A DNA stretch of 63,893 bases, counting the filler, from Kipferlia bialata (lineage: Eukaryota): NCBI GenBank assembly GCA_003568945.1. It is 3 parts of 3 records of this genome, joined end to end, with 100 filler letters (N's around TTAATTAATTAA, not from the genome) between each part and the next. Parts side by side here need not be neighbours in the genome. Positions count along the whole stretch, not along the records: positions 1 to 29,384 come from BDIP01000137.1; 2 more parts are not named here. The stretch is one strand, 5' to 3'. The notes below the pieces were generated by a model that worked only from the letters and a program-made list of their open reading frames with translations, did no database searches and was not told the DNA's origin. Below are positions 1 to 12,088 of this stretch, one piece after another. A program made the position numbers and the translations under genes. How positions within the stretch are numbered: the stretch's first letter is position 1; each line of letters starts with the position of its first letter.

Positions 1-52
<52 letters not shown>

Positions 53-139
53 CGCGAATAGAGAAATATTAGAGGCCATTGTCACTTCACAACTACAAAT
101 GGAGATATAGTGACGTGTATATGAGCATGCATACACCCA

Positions 140-777
140 CCTCAGTAGGGAGTGCTGGCCTATGGGTCTGTGGGGGCCTGCCTTGCTGGGTGCATAGAGA
201 CATGACGCATCAGGCCTCAGGGCACCCACCACCTGCTGGAGGTGGGCTATGCCCCCCTTGGTAGGGGAGGGCGTGGGGGCTAGGGGGGCGGGTAGGGAGG
301 CAGCAAACCGCTGCAGCCCAGCGGTCGCACGGGCAGTATAGCTCTTGAGAGACCTTGGGTCAGTAGGGAGGGGGGGGGGGAGTAGAATGGTACTCTGGGA
401 TAAGCAATATACACGACTGTTGCCATTTGAGGATGTAGAGGAGCTGATGGCAGAGATGATCGATGACGCCTCCCTATGATACACACATATAGTACCCACC
501 TCGCCTGGTCCATCACGGCCTGACTGACCATGTTGTGTGTGGGGTCGAAGAGGGCCTGGGACACCTTGGAGTATAGGGGCTGCTTCAGGGCATAGAGAAC
601 CAGCTGGGACGAGTCGAGCTCCTGCTCATTCCAGCTGAAGGTGACACCTAGGCTGTCGCATATCACAGGCCACGCCACAAACCGAAACAGGCCGCCACCC
701 ACCAGAGTGATGGCTAGTTCCTTCCCAGCAGTCCCCCTCGCCCATCGGGACTGGTATATGGGGGAGACGGGGGTCAT
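140..777 (-). CDS. Hypothetical spliced gene fragment, 3' part uncertain or running off the contig start
   Basis: ORF MTPVSPIYQSRW...QAVMDQAR (777 to about 500) ends at a GTGGGT donor; further exon-like GC-rich blocks lie towards 140. No recognisable domain. Confidence 0.35.
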
Positions 778-1103
778 TACTCACTCAGTGTCAACCGATG
801 TGTATCCGTCAGTCCCAGTGTCTGCTCCAAGGGAGACTCTCCCTCTCTAAGAAGTCAGTGAGCCACCTGACTTGATACAATGATTCCTCTGTGTGTAGGA
901 CTACTGTGAAGAGCTTGGACAGCGTCACTGAATAGATATGAAGAAAGACCTCAGCGGACAGTCCTCAGCCACAATATCAACACAAACACAAAAGGGTTTA
1001 GACACCCCAGGACCCCGCCAGGGAGTCTTCTGCAGCCACTCTCTTTATAGACACCTGGAGAGAGAGAGAAATCATTCAGTAGACCCGCGCTGCGTCAGTA
1101 AGT

Positions 1104-4100
1104 ATGCAGCGGTATCAGATAGGTGGGGTGTTGTGTCTGTGTATCCAGTGTTCTGCCCTGAATGAGTTAATATGTACCTCTCTCACTGTGTGCACTCTCT
1201 GCCACTGAACCCTGTTGACTGCTCACTGCCAGGCCTTCTCATTGGCGGCGGATCCTTTGGGAAGGTGTATAAGGGTCGGCTGAAGCAGACAGGACAGACT
1301 GTGGCTATCAAGGCTATCTCCAAGGTAGGTCTCTCGACCATACTCATCCATATGGTATATTGTATTCATTGTACTCCTATGGGCGAGAGACCCCAAGGCG
1401 GTTCGAGTACATTGAGTGCTGGGTCGCCAGTTAGCCACATTCCTTGTGTATCCCCCCCCCCCCCCCCCCCATTCCTCGCCTCGCTCTCCAACTCTTTCAT
1501 TCCTTGCCCTCTTACACTCAGGTTGGAAAGAATGCCGAGTACATATCTGCTCTGCGTCGTGAGGTTGAGATCCTGCGAACTGTGGAGCACCCCAACATTG
1601 TACAGTATCTGGACACATTTGAGGTATAATGCATATATATACCCACTCATACCCCCTCCCTCCCTCTGCCTCTCCCCCTTCTAACCCCCAGGATGACACC
1701 ACCATATACGTGGTGATGGAGTTCGCTGAGGGAGACCTAAAGGTACGTGACAGTTAGAGTATCAGTATCAACTTTAGTATACTGGGTCTATCTCACCTCC
1801 AGGAAGTGCTGGAGAATGACGCCTATCTCCCAGAGGCTGAGGTGCGGCACATAGCATACCAAGTGGCATCCGCCCTGCAGTACCTGCACAGGAAGAGGAT
1901 TGTACACAGGTAATGGTGCTTAGAGTTGGTATACCAACGTCATACTGAACTTCAATAGGTCTCTTCTCACTCTAGAGACCTCAAGCCCCCCAATGTCCTC
2001 ATCTGTGCCTGTCGCACAGTCAAGGTCTGCGACTTTGGGTTTGCAAGGTGAGTGCTGGTACGTAGTAGTGTGTGTTGGGATATGGGTCAGTGTATTTGAG
2101 GGAGGTTTACATTCTCTGCGTATTCTCTCTGTCTTTACACGATACCATATATGCTGCTGTGTTGTGTCTCATGCTCAGAGCCATGAGTGCCGAGACCACC
2201 GTTCTCCACAGCATCAAGGGTACCCCTCTATACATGGCCCCCGAGGTGTTGCAGGGCAAGGAGTACAACTACCGCTCTGACCTGTGGGGGTTGGGTGTGC
2301 TTCTCTATGAGCTGGCTCTGGGGAGGACTCCCTTCTCGTCCAAACACAACAACCTAGTGGCCCTGGCCAAGGCTATCATATCTGAGCCACATACATGGCC
2401 CATCAGTGGTCCAGGTGCCATGCTCTCTCTCTCTCTCTATATCTCTACATCTATATATGTATATACTCATATATATATATCCTTTGACCACCCCCAGAAC
2501 TGTCCCGGGACTTCAAGGACCTAGTTGGCAAGCTGCTTCGTAAGAACCCTGCAGACAGGCTAGACTGGGACAGAGTGAAGAGCCACCCATTCCTCAGGGG
2601 GAGCACCTTTCTGGACCATGTCAACCCACACTCCCGGAGTAACACAGAGCCAGGTAGATACATACACATGTGGTACTCTTTTTGTAATATTTATGTTGAT
2701 GTGTTGTATATATTGTAATATTTATGTTGATGTATTTGGATATCTGTGTTTCTGACCCTAGGCCATGGCCCCCTGCACGGTAGGTGGTACCGTGCCCTTC
2801 AGACCCAGAGACAGGACGACATCTTCCGGCAGAGGCAGAAGGAGAGGGAGAAGGAGAACGCCCAGCACGCCCGGCCCCTCTCTGCCCCCATAGCCCTAGG
2901 CAGTGGCAGGAGGGGGAGGGGTGTGAGTGGGACAGCGGCCATGTTCAGAGCAACCAGGTACGGGGGCATGCACTGTATTGCATGTGTCATTATATATTAT
3001 ATTATTTATTATAGGGATGTAGGTATGTTGATGGTGCCATGTGTTGACGTTCTTACCCCCAGGGACAGTACCACTGGCTTAGCTGCAGCAGGACAGGCCC
3101 AGTACCTACAGGGGAAGGAGAAGAGGGAGAGGTCTCCATCTGATGCAGAGAGAAGAGATGGCCAGCCCCTATCCAGTGTGACACCTCCCCATGAGACAGC
3201 CAGGTCAGGGCATATCTAAGAATACAGTTTTATAGTGGTGTCTGTATCATACAGTGTATGCCATGTTTACCCCCCCCCCCTCCCTGACCTCTAGGTTCCG
3301 TATGGATGCCGTGGGTGCCGTCCACCCTGGTGCCTGGGATATCCTGCTAGGGGCATTCCGGTCTGTGGCAGGGCAGGGCATGAGGGAGCACGAGGATGAG
3401 ATCACCAGGTACTACTCGATGCACTGACATTTGTGGTTTGAAGTGCAGTATCAATATGTCATCTCATGCCCAGACTACTCAAGACCTTCCGTGAGTGCAC
3501 TTCCTCCGAGCAGGTCCACTCTGCTGGCGTGGCCATTGCGTCCTCCCTGCCCACCCTCCGCACCTTGTGCCGCGTGCTGGTTCACTTCAGACCCTCTGAC
3601 TACCGCCAGCCTGGTCCAGTCTCTGTCCTCATGATGCGTATACTGTGTGCCGCTCTTGGATGCACGATGGAGCCGACTGGATGCTGTGAGTTTCCCTTTG
3701 ACGTTGCCTGTTCTGTCAAGCTTGGTATCGTGCCCACCTCCCGGTCTGACCCCCTCCTGGTCCCCGAGTCTTACTCGTGTCTCCTCAAGGCCCTCGACTC
3801 TGTGAGTGGAGTAGATGACATCCTCAACTCAGTCCGTGTCATGGTCATGGCGGCAGCTACCCAGATGGCACAGGCAAAGGGCGACATCCTGCACACATGG
3901 GTAGAGGTCACCACCCTCTCATTCTGTGCAGCGTCCGCTCTGGCATCCCTGGGTGTTCTCCTGCTACCTGCCCTCCAGCCCCAGATCGCTAACAACGCAA
4001 GGCATGTATAGCGGACACATTCTTTCTTCTCTATTTGTTCTATCTAACCGTTCAGAAGTCAGCCCAAGACGACTGATTTCCGTCGCCAGCATAGCAACGA

Positions 4101-7100
4101 GCAGTACCCTGGGTATGTGCGTATGAACCGGGTCATCAGCCACGACCAGCAGTACCTAGAACAGGAAGGGACCATGGGCGAGACCGTGACCACCATTGTG
4201 ACCCATCTCAGGCGCATGTTCCTGCCCCTCTTCCCCCTGCTAGCCAAGGGAATGGCCTCCCTGGGGACCCCCCCTGCCCCCTCCTCCTACGCTAGAGAGG
4301 CATCGACACACAGCACATCTAGCAGGCGGGGCAGTGTGATTGAGCACCTGCAGGATGCGGCTGAGCCTGCACCCCCTCGACAGGAGAGAGACCACGTGGC
4401 AATGGCCAGACACATTGTGTCTAGACTGAGGGCAGACCTGCAAGAATCTGCCACGGAGCCAGGTCCTCTCAGTGCAGTAGCAGGGTCCCCCACTCGACCC
4501 TCTGCTACCCCCTTGGCCTCTGCCTCTAGAGAGTCCTCGACAGCCAGCCGACGCTTCTCCCACTCCCGCAGAGGGTCTGTTATGTCCACAGGAGGTGGTG
4601 AGAACCAACCCGAGGTTATCCTCAGCCCCCTGGCCCCTCCTAAGCCTGGCCTACACGCATATGCCCATGTGTCTGTGAGAACAGCCGCTATCTCCGCTCT
4701 CTCCTCTTGGCTGAGGGCGTGTACCGTCCTCACCCCCTTCTTAGCCTTGGTACCCCAAGGCGATGGTGACTATGGCTGTAGTGTGCCTGACGTGTTCCAC
4801 TTCCCTTCCCCCTCCTCTACGGGCATGTCACCCCTCTTCGGCCTAGACCCCTCGGCGGCACCCCCTGTCGAGAGGTGGGACGTGGGAATGCCGCAGACGC
4901 TGCTAGTCCTGGGTGTGCTTACATTCGCAGACCCCCAGACAGGGTACAACCCTAGGCTACACGAGGAAGGCGAGGACAGTGAGAGTCAAGAGTCCAGCCT
5001 AGATGAGACCCCCCCTCAGTCACGTCACGACGACACCATCGACGGTATTCTAGCCTCCCACCTCGACCAGTACCCAGAGTGTCTGCACACACACGTCATG
5101 TCACTGCTGCGGTCTCTCCGTGTACTCTCTGTCAGCGTGCTCTCCTCCGTGCTCACCCCTCCCTACCTGACTCTCTTCCCCTCCCTCAGCGACTGCTTCA
5201 TCGACTCCCTTCCTCTGTTGCAGACGGAGCATGCAGACCCTAGGTTCACTCTCAAGGCAGGCACCTCCCCCAGTACTAGGGTATCAGTCCCAGCTGCCTG
5301 TAGCATGAACACCAACCTGAATGCCAAGCGCTGCATTGCCACCCTCCCATTCCGTCTGGCAGCTGAGACTGGGAGCACTGCACTGGACAGAGGCTGGCTC
5401 AACTCTCTAGCAGAGATTGCCATTGTCGATACGGACAAGGAGGCAGACGAGGCCGGGGACCACGTGGATGACGAGAGAGAGATGATGGCCACCTTCCGCA
5501 CAAGGCTGCTAGACCCGACGGAGGGGGCTCTGCGCCTAGACTGTGACAGGATCCTCCTGCATATGGCCACAGTGAGTGAGGACGTATCAGACGCCCTGTG
5601 TCAGCTGGACCTGGCCTCGCAGGCCTTCTCCTACCCCACAACAGTCGCCAGACACATCATTCTGTCCCTGTTTGTGTCAGGTCTCAATGTGGACCCCCTA
5701 AACGGTAGGGGTAGGACTGCTCGGGAGAGAGACATGCAGAGACGGAGAGGCTCTAGGGGTAGGCGCCGCAAGGGGTCTAGGGGAGGGGCCGCTGGAAGGG
5801 AGGCGTCCTGGCGGCGACTCGACCAGCCCCTACCTGACTCCCCTACCATGAGGGACCGCATCTACAAGTCACTGATGTGCTGCCATGCCGAGCTGGAGTT
5901 GAACCTGCTGACCCTGGCCTCTCTCATCGAGGCCCACCCCATAGGCGTCTTGTCCACCATGCACAGCTGCGACATGCTCAAGCCTCTGCTCATCCTATGT
6001 GTGCAGCTGCTCTCCGTGCCCGTCTTGCTGTCTGCCCAGGTGCGCAAGGACGCCAAGATTCCTGTCTCGCTCCCCTGTGCTGCGGCGCAGCTCCTCTGCA
6101 GCTGTGTTCCCTCTGCCACCCCCTGCGACTGGGTGTCAGACAGTGCCGCCAACAACGACGGCATGGTGTTCCTCGCCCAGGGTCAGCAGCCAGAAGGGTT
6201 CCCCCAGCCCTGCCAGACGTTGGTGTGCCGCACACACTCAAAGCGCATTCTGACGTCCATACAGAGCCTTGTGCTGCTGGAGAACCTAGACTGTGTCCCG
6301 GCAGACAGTGGGGCAGGGCGTCTACCCCACAGGGGTCTGCTAGACCCCCTGTACCGCCTTACCGACACCCTTCTGCACCAGATGCAGTCCTCACCTGCAC
6401 ATGCAGAGGAGGGGGAGGGAGAGGGGGAGGATGGCAAGGAGGGGTCACAGCCAGAGGGTGACTGGGAGAGTGGCTCGGAGAGTGAGGAGTCAGATGCCAT
6501 TGAGCTGGCACAGGCCAAGCGGAAGCACCGGAGGACGCACAGCGAGACCCAGACCCTACCCATGCACAAGGGGTATAGTGCGGCAGAGGATAGGGAGGCA
6601 GAGAGGGACCAGATACCTGGGGACGGGTTCCTCACGGTGTCTGTCGTCAGTTCTCTCTTGCGGCTGGTCACTCAGATTGCTAGGCGCACACACAGAACAG
6701 AAGGTGGGTATTGTATCTGAAAATTCTTTGTCTTGTGCATAATCTCTCAATTTTGATTCACTATGTTACTACCTACCCACTCATTGGTACTTTCCTTACC
6801 TCAGGCTGTGGTCGTATGATCTCCCCGTCCACCTCCAAGCACATCCTCTCCCTGGCCAGTCTGGTGTCTGAGTACCCGATGTCATTCAGCAGGGAGGACT
6901 ACATCATAGCGGCAGAGGCATACATATGCCTCGTCTCGGCATCTCACATGAGGGCCCTCCTCACCCATCCCGTCCTGCTGGGGGGTGGGGCGCAGCACTG
7001 CGAGAAGGTATCAGATGGGTTCTGATTTATATTCAATATACGGCTGTGCCAGTGTCACAACCTCCCATTGCCTCTCTGACTGTCAGGTCTTCAGCCAGAG

Positions 7101-7948
7101 CCTCTCCCAGCTGTACAGACTGCAACAGACAGTGGCAGTGGCAGCAGGCAACACTGATGCCGCCCGTGTGCTGTTGGTCAAGATGCACTCTGCAGGCCTT
7201 GCCGCCTCAGTGGTGCATGCCCTGCCCTATCTCTCTCCCTCTGCCGTGGAGCTAGGGGTGGCCACACTGTCTGAGGTCTGCATATCCAACGGAGACCGGG
7301 AGAGAGAGAGAGAGGACAGGCGCTGGCTGGGGTCTCTGGTACAGTGTGGGGCCATGTCTGCAGATGTGCTCCACTCACTACTGATAGCCAGTAGGGGTGG
7401 GGTGACAGAGGATATGCTCGCCATCCTTACACAGCTGTCGAGGGTCAGCAAGCAGTATGTCGAGGTGCGTATCTGAGTTCCATATATATATACCCCCCCA
7501 TTCCCGCCTCACCCCAGGAGCTCCACCTCGGTCTCTCTGACCACGATGTCCTGCGTCTGCTGGGTGCCGAGGAGCCTAGGATAAGGGCCAAGGCAGCCAA
7601 TCTGGTGGGTAACATCTGCAAGCACCAGGACTGCGTGGCCACGGAGCGTTTCCTCGACTCTTTCTTGTCGTTCGGAGTCATTGACGAACTGGTCACCCGG
7701 CTCAAGGATCCTGACCCGTCCGTCAGAAAGTTTGCCTGCTTTGCCTTGGGTGAGTGCAGAAGCTGTACTCAGTGCCATTTCTATTGTGTATATATATTAG
7801 ATATAATATTACTTATATTCTTCACCCTCCCTTACACGCCAGGCAATGCCATCTTCCAGTCTGCCTCCATTGCACAGGGCATGGGCAAGGCTGTGACACC
7901 CCTGCTAGACCTATTGGCAGATGGGATGCCACGCACACAGGTGTGTGA

Positions 7949-7984
<36 letters not shown>

Positions 7985-8497
7985 TATACTATCGTGAATA
8001 TGAGTAATGAGTCATGTTGTGGGTGATCTCCCCCTCCCTCTGACCCCAGGGCAATGCAGCTGGTGCACTAGGCAATCTAGTCCGGCATTGGCGCAAGACC
8101 CCCGATGACGTCCCTGCCATCCTTGATACCCTTCTCTCCCACAACACCCTGCTGCGCCTGTCTGACCTTCTCAAGCGCACCTCGGACCCCTCTATCCTGG
8201 GCACTGTCATCTTTGCACTCAGGAACATGGCCGTGTTCCCAGCTGCCCTGGACCAGATGCAGCGCTACAGCGTGCTCACCATGGTCGAGACAGTGGCTGC
8301 ACGCACCACAGACGCAGGGGTGCAGGGGTGGGTCAACAGGTGGGTAGGGTGTGCCGAATCTATATATCTGTGTCTCTGCGTGTCTGACCCCCAGGTTCCG
8401 TAGCACTGTGGCCAAGGCAGAGGCAGGGGCAGGGGCTGCTGGGTCCACCCCTCAGACCCAGAGGGCACCCACCCCTAGACCCATGACCCCGGTCTAG
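1104..8497 (+). CDS. STK36: Fused/STK36 (TIO-like) Ser/Thr kinase with C-terminal ARM/HEAT repeats, multi-exon
   Basis: Spliced N-terminus [64 protein letters not shown], then [37 protein letters not shown]. The C-terminal [17 protein letters not shown]...[13 protein letters not shown] is typical of the Fused/TIO family. Stop TAG at 8495-8497. Confidence 0.92.
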
Positions 8498-8811
8498 AGG
8501 AAGTGGTGTATGGCATTCGTTCTTGTTTCGTGTTTAGTTGTCTTCCCTGAGGAGATGCGTGCTTTTATGTGTTTTCCGTTGCTTTGTTCAGTTTGTATTG
8601 TAACAATAAGTTTGTTTTCGGCAGAGTCAAACACAAATTAGATTCTGGTGTACGTGTATGTGCATGGGTTTGTGAGTTGTCACATTGTTAAGAACCAGTG
8701 GTCAAAATTGAACACTCTAAACTTGCAAAAACTTGTGGAAAGTAAGGGTCTAGCACACACCGTGTCCCGGATCAGTGAACCACGGATCTTCCTTCTGAGG
8801 AGTATATAGAA

Positions 8812-10915
8812 ATGAAGTCCTTCGTGTTTAGCTCTGAGAGTGTGTGTGAGGGTCACCCAGACAAGGTCTGCGACCAGGTAAGGCCACCAGGATTCTTCTT
8901 ATGGGCTGTATTCGAAGTATTTTCCTAATTCTAGGTTTCTGATGCCATTCTGGACGCTCTTCTTGCCCAGGACCCCAACGCTCGCGTAGCTGTGGAGACT
9001 GCAGTCAAGAACAACCACCTTGTTCTTCTTGGGGAGGTTTCTACCACTGCCCATGTGGACTATGAGGGTAAGAGGAAAAGATACGATTTCCCTTCCATGC
9101 ACTATCACCTTTGTGACCAAGATTCTCTCCTCTTGCGGGTGTATACTCTCTACTTATGTCTTCTTACATCCAGCTATTGCCCGTGGAGTGGTTAAGTCCA
9201 TCGGGTTTGTTTCCGAGGATGTGGGTATGGACTACAAGACCTGCCAGGTTGTGAACCTGATTGACAGGTGTGTGTCTGTCATATGTGGTGATGTATGTTA
9301 TAGGTGACAGTGAAGTTGGTTGTGTTAGGGCGTGCAGGTTCTGACTGTATGTCTGTGACTCTCCCTTACCTTGCAGGCAGTCCCCAGACATTGCCCAGGC
9401 CGTTCACGTTGGCAAGGACCAGCTCGACATTGGAGCAGGAGACCAGGGCCTCATGTTCGGATACGCCACAGACGAGTCTGGTACGATACCCACGTGTTCT
9501 CATGTCATACAGTGTTACATAGAGTTTCTGCCTTTCTTTCTGTCTTTTGTATTGCTTACCCCCAGAGGAGTACATGCCAATCACCCACCTGATGGCCTGC
9601 AGGTAGGGACAGTGGTGATATTGTGTCAGACATATTGTGTAGGCCCTGTGTTCTTCACATCTCTTCTCTTCTTAGGTATACCGTCACTCCATCTTACCCA
9701 GACTCTCTGCTCGCCTTGAGCTGGTTAGGAAGAACGGTACCCTCAAGTACCTGAGGCCTGACGGAAAGACACAGGTATTGTAGTAGGTGGATCTCCCCCT
9801 TCCTCTCTCTTTAGCGTTTCTGACCCTCAGGTCTCTGTGGAGTACGAGCAGCTGGACTCTGGCAAGCTCAAGCCCACCCGCGTGCACACAGTTGTTGTGT
9901 CCACCCAGCACGACGACCTCATCGAGCTCGAGCGTCTGCGTGAGGTAATGGGAATACTCTTTTTACACTCACCGTTGAGGGAATGGGGACAGTACCTTGT
10001 GTATGTATTACTATCCTCTCTCTCACCTGTAGGACATCAAGGAGCACGTGATCGACCAGGTCATCCCCGCCTCTCTCGTCGATGACGAGACCATCTTCCA
10101 CATCAACCCCTCCTCTAGGTTTGTGATTGGAGGCCCAGCCGGAGATGCCGGTCTGACAGGCCGCAAGATCATCGTGGACACATACGGTGGATGGGGTGCC
10201 CACGGAGGCGGCGCCTTCTCCGGCAAGGACTACACCAAGGTGGACCGGTCTGCCTCCTATGCATGCCGTGCCATTGCCAGGTCCCTGGTCTCAGCTGGTC
10301 TGTGCCACAGGGTGCTGGTCCAGGTGGGGGTGGATGTATGTGTGCTGTATATATATATGTATATATTGTGTATACCATACCCACAGGGTGCCGGTGCAGG
10401 TGGGGATGCGTATACAGGATGCATGGTATGCAGTATGTCACATATACCATACCCTCTGTACCACCCTGACCCCCAGGTGTCCTATGCCATCGGTGTTGCC
10501 AGGCCCCTTGCTGTGCACGTCGACTCCTATGGGTCAGGCAAGATGTGCGACAAGGACATCAAGCGGATAGTGGAGGACTCGTTCGACCTCAGGTATGCAT
10601 GTGTTGCATATAGTGAATGATGTGTAAGGGTGTATATATACATATATGTACCCTTCACGTCTTGCCCCCTCACCCCCCAGGCCCGGTGCCATTGTGGACT
10701 GGCTTGATCTCAAGGCACCCAGGTACAGTGGTGGTCAGATTAGTGTGGAATAGTGGGTATATGTAGTACACACACATTTGTATAGGATGGTAGATGCATA
10801 CAGTGAAGATAGAGCCTAGTCCCACCCCAGGTACCAGGGCACTGCTGTGCATGGCCACTTTGGAAGGTCCACCTCGGCCTTCTCCTGGGAGAGGGACTTC
10901 CCCCTCAAGAAGTAA
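8812..10915 (+). CDS. MAT: S-adenosylmethionine synthetase (methionine adenosyltransferase, canonical type), about 11 exons
   Basis: [91 protein letters not shown]. Stop TAA at 10913-10915. Confidence 0.97.
10305..10405 (+). repeat. Donor-side exon-edge echo in a MAT intron
   Basis: Exon end CCACAGGGTGCTGGTCCAG|gtgggg recurs at 10381 as CCACAGGGTGCCGGTGCAG|gtgggg. Confidence 0.8.
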
Positions 10916-12088
10916 GGGGGTGATACTGATACCGATGGGGTATACCACACAGACAACACGTCCGTGCTAGTGCCACGCTCCTGTGGTCCCGTTCTGTGTG
11001 GTTGTCCCCTCCCTATCCTCTCCTATCCTATCCTGTTTGGTGTCGCTCACTGTATGTATACCCCCATGTATACATGCAGGGAGTAGCGTTGTTGAGGTTC
11101 CTTTAGCTAGTGTGCCGGTGTGTGCCCTCAGCCTCTAGGGCATGTCACGGTCTCCAGTGCCTAGTGTATGTGTATACATGTACATATACCAGGCTTGTGT
11201 GCTGGACCCACCGACCACTGTCGATATATGTGTGACAGATCGTGTTTGTTGCCATAAATGCGTGTTTTCGTCAAGTATATTTATGTTTACCCGTAAGGCA
11301 AATGTCATTTCCTGTTGTCGACGGAGAAACTCCATCTATCCTGCACATCACAAGGGTCATCAGAGAGAGTCGTCCAGTGCCAGTGTCACTGAAACATGGC
11401 CACTATGCACGTTACATTGCACCTCTCGTCAAAAGAACAGGATGGCAGTTGTTCGCTCAGCATGTGTCGGGTCTTGGCAAGTTGCATCGCCGAAGTCCCG
11501 GTAAGTCACACATTGGTAGGATGGCCCTTAGGGTCACCCTACCCCTGGCATCATGACACACTTGAGGATCACCTGGGTGTGAATGACAGATCGAATGTCA
11601 CTAGTACCCAGATGCTGTTTTCAATATTCAACAGTGGAGTCTATTGAATGGACATGTACCTTCTGACCCACTGACCTAGCTAGGGTTGGCTTGCGACATG
11701 TCGCAAGTCGGCCGACATTGTCGGTTGTTTTGAGGAGTCTCAGCAAGAGTTACTCCTGCTCAAGAGTGTCACCAATGGAGACTCACCGTTTACTCTTGGG
11801 AGACAAAATGTATTGTTCCAAGCGGGTACGGTCTTTGACAGGGCATGATCCAGATTGTCCTACACTATAGGGTGTAGGGTTGAACGTATGATTCCAACCA
11901 TACAGAAATTCCTATAAGATACTGGCACAAGGCTAACACATTACACCAGTTTGCAATGACTAGCCTACACTCAGTACAACACGAGTAAATCACATTGGGA
12001 AAGGCACTCACATCACACATACATTCCACAACTTGGCCGTAGAAAAGAGAACACACACACACACACACACACACACGATTTCACACAA

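Noticed and set aside
10099..10140. MAT motif [12 protein letters not shown] (Ser for the usual Gly)
   Set aside because: A single substitution with all catalytic motifs intact; there are no MATX-type insertions.
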